A stretch of 63,931 nt of DNA, the filler included, from Polymyxa betae A26-41 (Eukaryota > Protista > Endomyxa: Phytomyxea), in NCBI GenBank assembly GCA_003693705.1. It is 8 parts of 8 records of this genome, joined end to end, with 100 filler letters (N's around TTAATTAATTAA, not from the genome) between each part and the next. Parts side by side here need not be neighbours in the genome. Positions count along the whole stretch, not along the records: positions 61,142 to 63,931 come from RBZT01000943.1; 7 more parts are not named here. One strand, given 5' to 3'. Position 1 is the stretch's first letter, and every line of letters begins with the position of its first letter. Below the pieces are notes generated by a model, which was not told the DNA's origin, ran no database searches, and saw only the letters and a program-made list of their open reading frames with translations. The position numbers and the translations under genes were made by a program. Shown one piece after another: positions 61,324 through 63,931 of this stretch.

Positions 61324-63856
61324 ACGACCCTGCTAGGCGTACGACTAGTCGTAGAGATAACTGCGCGTACGACTAGTCGTACACGCACTATTTGTGCGAC
61401 CCCCTGACTCCCTCTGTGTTTCCTATAGAGGGGTTCCCAAATCGTTTCATCGTCGACATGTTGGCGCGGCTCTCCAGTCTTCTGCGTTCAGCACAAAAGC
61501 CCGAAATTCCTGATCCAGGAAAGGAACACGCTCCTGACTCCGCCCTATGCCGTGATTCCGCGCTCAGCTCTCCACGCGAAACGGTCCAGCAGGATTACCC
61601 CACGCCCGACCTCCGAAATACAATTTCGTCAGTTGATGAAATCGAATCAACAGGAGGAGCTCCTATTATCACTGTCTGCTCCGGTGATCTGTCCTTGGGT
61701 ACAAAATTTCTTGATTTGCCTGAGGCCAAAGATGCTATTCAAGCCTTCGCTGGATGCCCTGTGAAAAAGTCGAGTACCCATGAAGGAAAATACGTTGTCT
61801 TTATGTGCTTTCGCTCTGGACATTACAAGAAAAAGGATTCTCATGTTTCGGTAGAATATCAGAGAAAATGCAAATCTTCGAAGTGTAATTGCTCGTTTTC
61901 CGTGAGCCTGAAACGCACTGGTGAAGCATCCTACGAGGTGTATAAGCTGAACAATGAGCATAATCATCAAATGTTTACAGAAGACGAGATCGAGATGTTA
62001 CCGCAAAACAGATTCATTCCAGGAGATGTTCGTGACAAATTTCTGGAGTTGAACGCACATGGCGTGCTGAACTGCAACCAATTAATGGTGCTCATTCACA
62101 AAGTCCATTTCCCTGATATCAAAGTAACGTGGACAACAAGAGACGTTCAAAATTTAATTCAGTCAAACGTGAAGAGAACTCACGAAACCCAAGAATTCGT
62201 TGAACTGCTGGACCAAAAAAAATCGGATGGCTGGAAAGTGTTCATACATCATAATGAAGACAGTTTACGGTTAGAGCGGATTTTTTGGATGTCCAAAACA
62301 GGATTGGAGAAGTATCGTTTCTTCAACGATGTTCTCCAGATCGACGCTACATACAAAACAAACCGTTTCGGATTACCACTAATTCTCTTCACTGCCATCG
62401 ACAACCATGGAATCACAGCTCTGGTGGCAGGATGCTTGGTGTCTAACGAAAGATGGGAATCTTATATGTGGGCTTTGCAACAGTTTCACCGAGCCGCAGA
62501 ACGAAGTCCAACAGTCATCTTTACCGATGGAGATAATGAGCTGGCTCGGTCGATACGAGCGGTTTGGCCCAGAGCGGTACACTACTTATGCCGATTCCAC
62601 ATCAGTCAGAATATTATGAAGGCTCTTTCTGGAAAATTAGGCACAAGCTTAACTGAATTTATGAAAGACTTCTGGGAGCTCTGCGCCATTGAAGATTTGC
62701 CGGAATATGAAGCCCGATTTGCATTGATGCAAAATAGATGGGAATCTGCAAGCGATTATCTCAAAGTCTTGAAAGGAAAGCAAGAAAAATGGGCCTCGAC
62801 CTTTACCCATGGAGTTTTCGTTGCAGGTGTCTCGTCGACCCAGAGACAGGAATCGATCAACAACAGGATCAAGTCATCGCTAATGAGCAATTCGTCCTTA
62901 AATCGAATTATTGATGGTTTTGAAAATGTCGAGAAGGCTACAGCTGTGAAAATGGTTCAAGCTTCAATCGATTCCAAAATGTTGACTTTCACAAGCGATC
63001 CCTTGATTGACGATGCACTCGGCGTTCTAACATGTTTCAGTGCCAATCTTCTGAAGCAGGAATGTTCTTCGGCATTGTCATATGTATGCAGAGTAGAGAA
63101 GGATTTCGAAAATTCGTTTTTGGTAAGCCATAAAGATTTTCCTGCGAAGTTGCGACGTGTTACAGTTGACAGCAAACTGTTATCAGCATCCAGATGCTCA
63201 TGCCGTAAACAGATCTGGCATGGGATTGTTTGTCGTCATCTGTTATGCGCTTTTCGCCATACAAATAATCTCTCTGTCCCAGAGGAAATGTTTAATTCTC
63301 GGTGGAAAAAAGATTTCTTAGCGGATTCGGCCACCGGAATCGCAGTTGATATTGCGTTGAGCATCGGCGCCGGTGCCAACTTGAATGCAATTTCTGAAAT
63401 CAATGTCAGAAACATCGCGGACCAAAGGTTGTCTGAGCTCTTAACCATCGCTAAAGATATTGTCGTTCGGTCAGTATCAAGCGAAACCATCTTCAATATG
63501 GTGAAGGCAAGCATGATCAATATTTCTGAAGTTGTCGCCAAAACACTTGATTTGAATCAAAGTCAGCCAGATGAGGATCTTGTGTGCATTCGGAATCCCA
63601 ACAGAGTTCAAACCAAAGGGCGACCAAAAACTGGAAGCAAACGTTACAAAAGCACCATTGAAAAAAGAGCAAAGTCCAAGAAGGCGAAAAAATAAAATTT
63701 TAGATAAAGATTTCGGATCGTGCTAGAATCGGGATACCGGATACGTGCCCCAGAGAGAGTTTGGAAAGTGAGGGCAGAAGTCGCACAAATAGTGCGTGTA
63801 CGACTAGTCGTACGCGCAGTTATTTCTACGACTAGTCGTACGCCTAGCAGGGTCGT
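61324..63856 (+). mobile_element. Mutator-like element (MULE), apparently intact
   Basis: 77-bp TIRs (61324-61400 and 63780-63856), one mismatch. Confidence 0.95.
61458..63695 (+). CDS. MULE transposase (FAR1-type DNA-binding domain, DDE, SWIM)
   Basis: CNC...HNH, IDATYKTN, FTDGD, CRFH, QESIN, CSC...CRH, KGRPK; first ATG at 61458; no interruption. Confidence 0.95.
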   Translation: MLARLSSLLRSAQKPEIPDPGKEHAPDSALCRDSALSSPRETVQQDYPTPDLRNTISSVDEIESTGGAPIITVCSGDLSLGTKFLDLPEAKDAIQAFAGCPVKKSSTHEGKYVVFMCFRSGHYKKKDSHVSVEYQRKCKSSKCNCSFSVSLKRTGEASYEVYKLNNEHNHQMFTEDEIEMLPQNRFIPGDVRDKFLELNAHGVLNCNQLMVLIHKVHFPDIKVTWTTRDVQNLIQSNVKRTHETQEFVELLDQKKSDGWKVFIHHNEDSLRLERIFWMSKTGLEKYRFFNDVLQIDATYKTNRFGLPLILFTAIDNHGITALVAGCLVSNERWESYMWALQQFHRAAERSPTVIFTDGDNELARSIRAVWPRAVHYLCRFHISQNIMKALSGKLGTSLTEFMKDFWELCAIEDLPEYEARFALMQNRWESASDYLKVLKGKQEKWASTFTHGVFVAGVSSTQRQESINNRIKSSLMSNSSLNRIIDGFENVEKATAVKMVQASIDSKMLTFTSDPLIDDALGVLTCFSANLLKQECSSALSYVCRVEKDFENSFLVSHKDFPAKLRRVTVDSKLLSASRCSCRKQIWHGIVCRHLLCAFRHTNNLSVPEEMFNSRWKKDFLADSATGIAVDIALSIGAGANLNAISEINVRNIADQRLSELLTIAKDIVVRSVSSETIFNMVKASMINISEVVAKTLDLNQSQPDEDLVCIRNPNRVQTKGRPKTGSKRYKSTIEKRAKSKKAKK

Positions 63857-63931
63857 TTAAAGATTGGAGGGGATGGCACTGTTTATTGTAATACATTTAA
63901 TTGTAGTGGAAGAGGAGATTTTGGTAGCCTT

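Overview
Eukaryotic, transposon-saturated sequence. It is eight separate contigs joined by an artificial 100-bp linker (N44-TTAATTAATTAA-N44), so adjacency across the linkers means nothing. Introns are short (36-60 bp, GT-AG), pointing to a compact microbial eukaryote (protist or fungus); the taxon cannot be fixed from this window. Most of the sequence is decayed, heavily nested mobile DNA: Ty1/Copia and Ty3/Gypsy LTR retrotransposons, hAT, pogo, a long-insert IS630/Tc1/mariner element, PIF/Harbinger, probable CMC/EnSpm-like elements, MITEs and two tRNA-derived SINEs. One MULE (61324-63856) looks intact. I can build one clean host-like gene (48956-50376, 4 exons, 430 aa) that encodes a degenerate P-loop GTPase. 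The best leads are this pseudo-GTPase, AT-rich virus-like fragments (CxxC mini-ORFs and a GIY-YIG nuclease), a pogo element with a convergent HIRAN-like ORF, and two nested CAC-terminal elements carrying a multi-exon TnpA-like gene. Clear cis-signals include a Tf1-type self-priming PBS and a G-GGA-AAC -1 frameshift site with hairpin. There is no CRISPR, rRNA or true tRNA gene. All assignments come from reading motifs by eye, with no database search.
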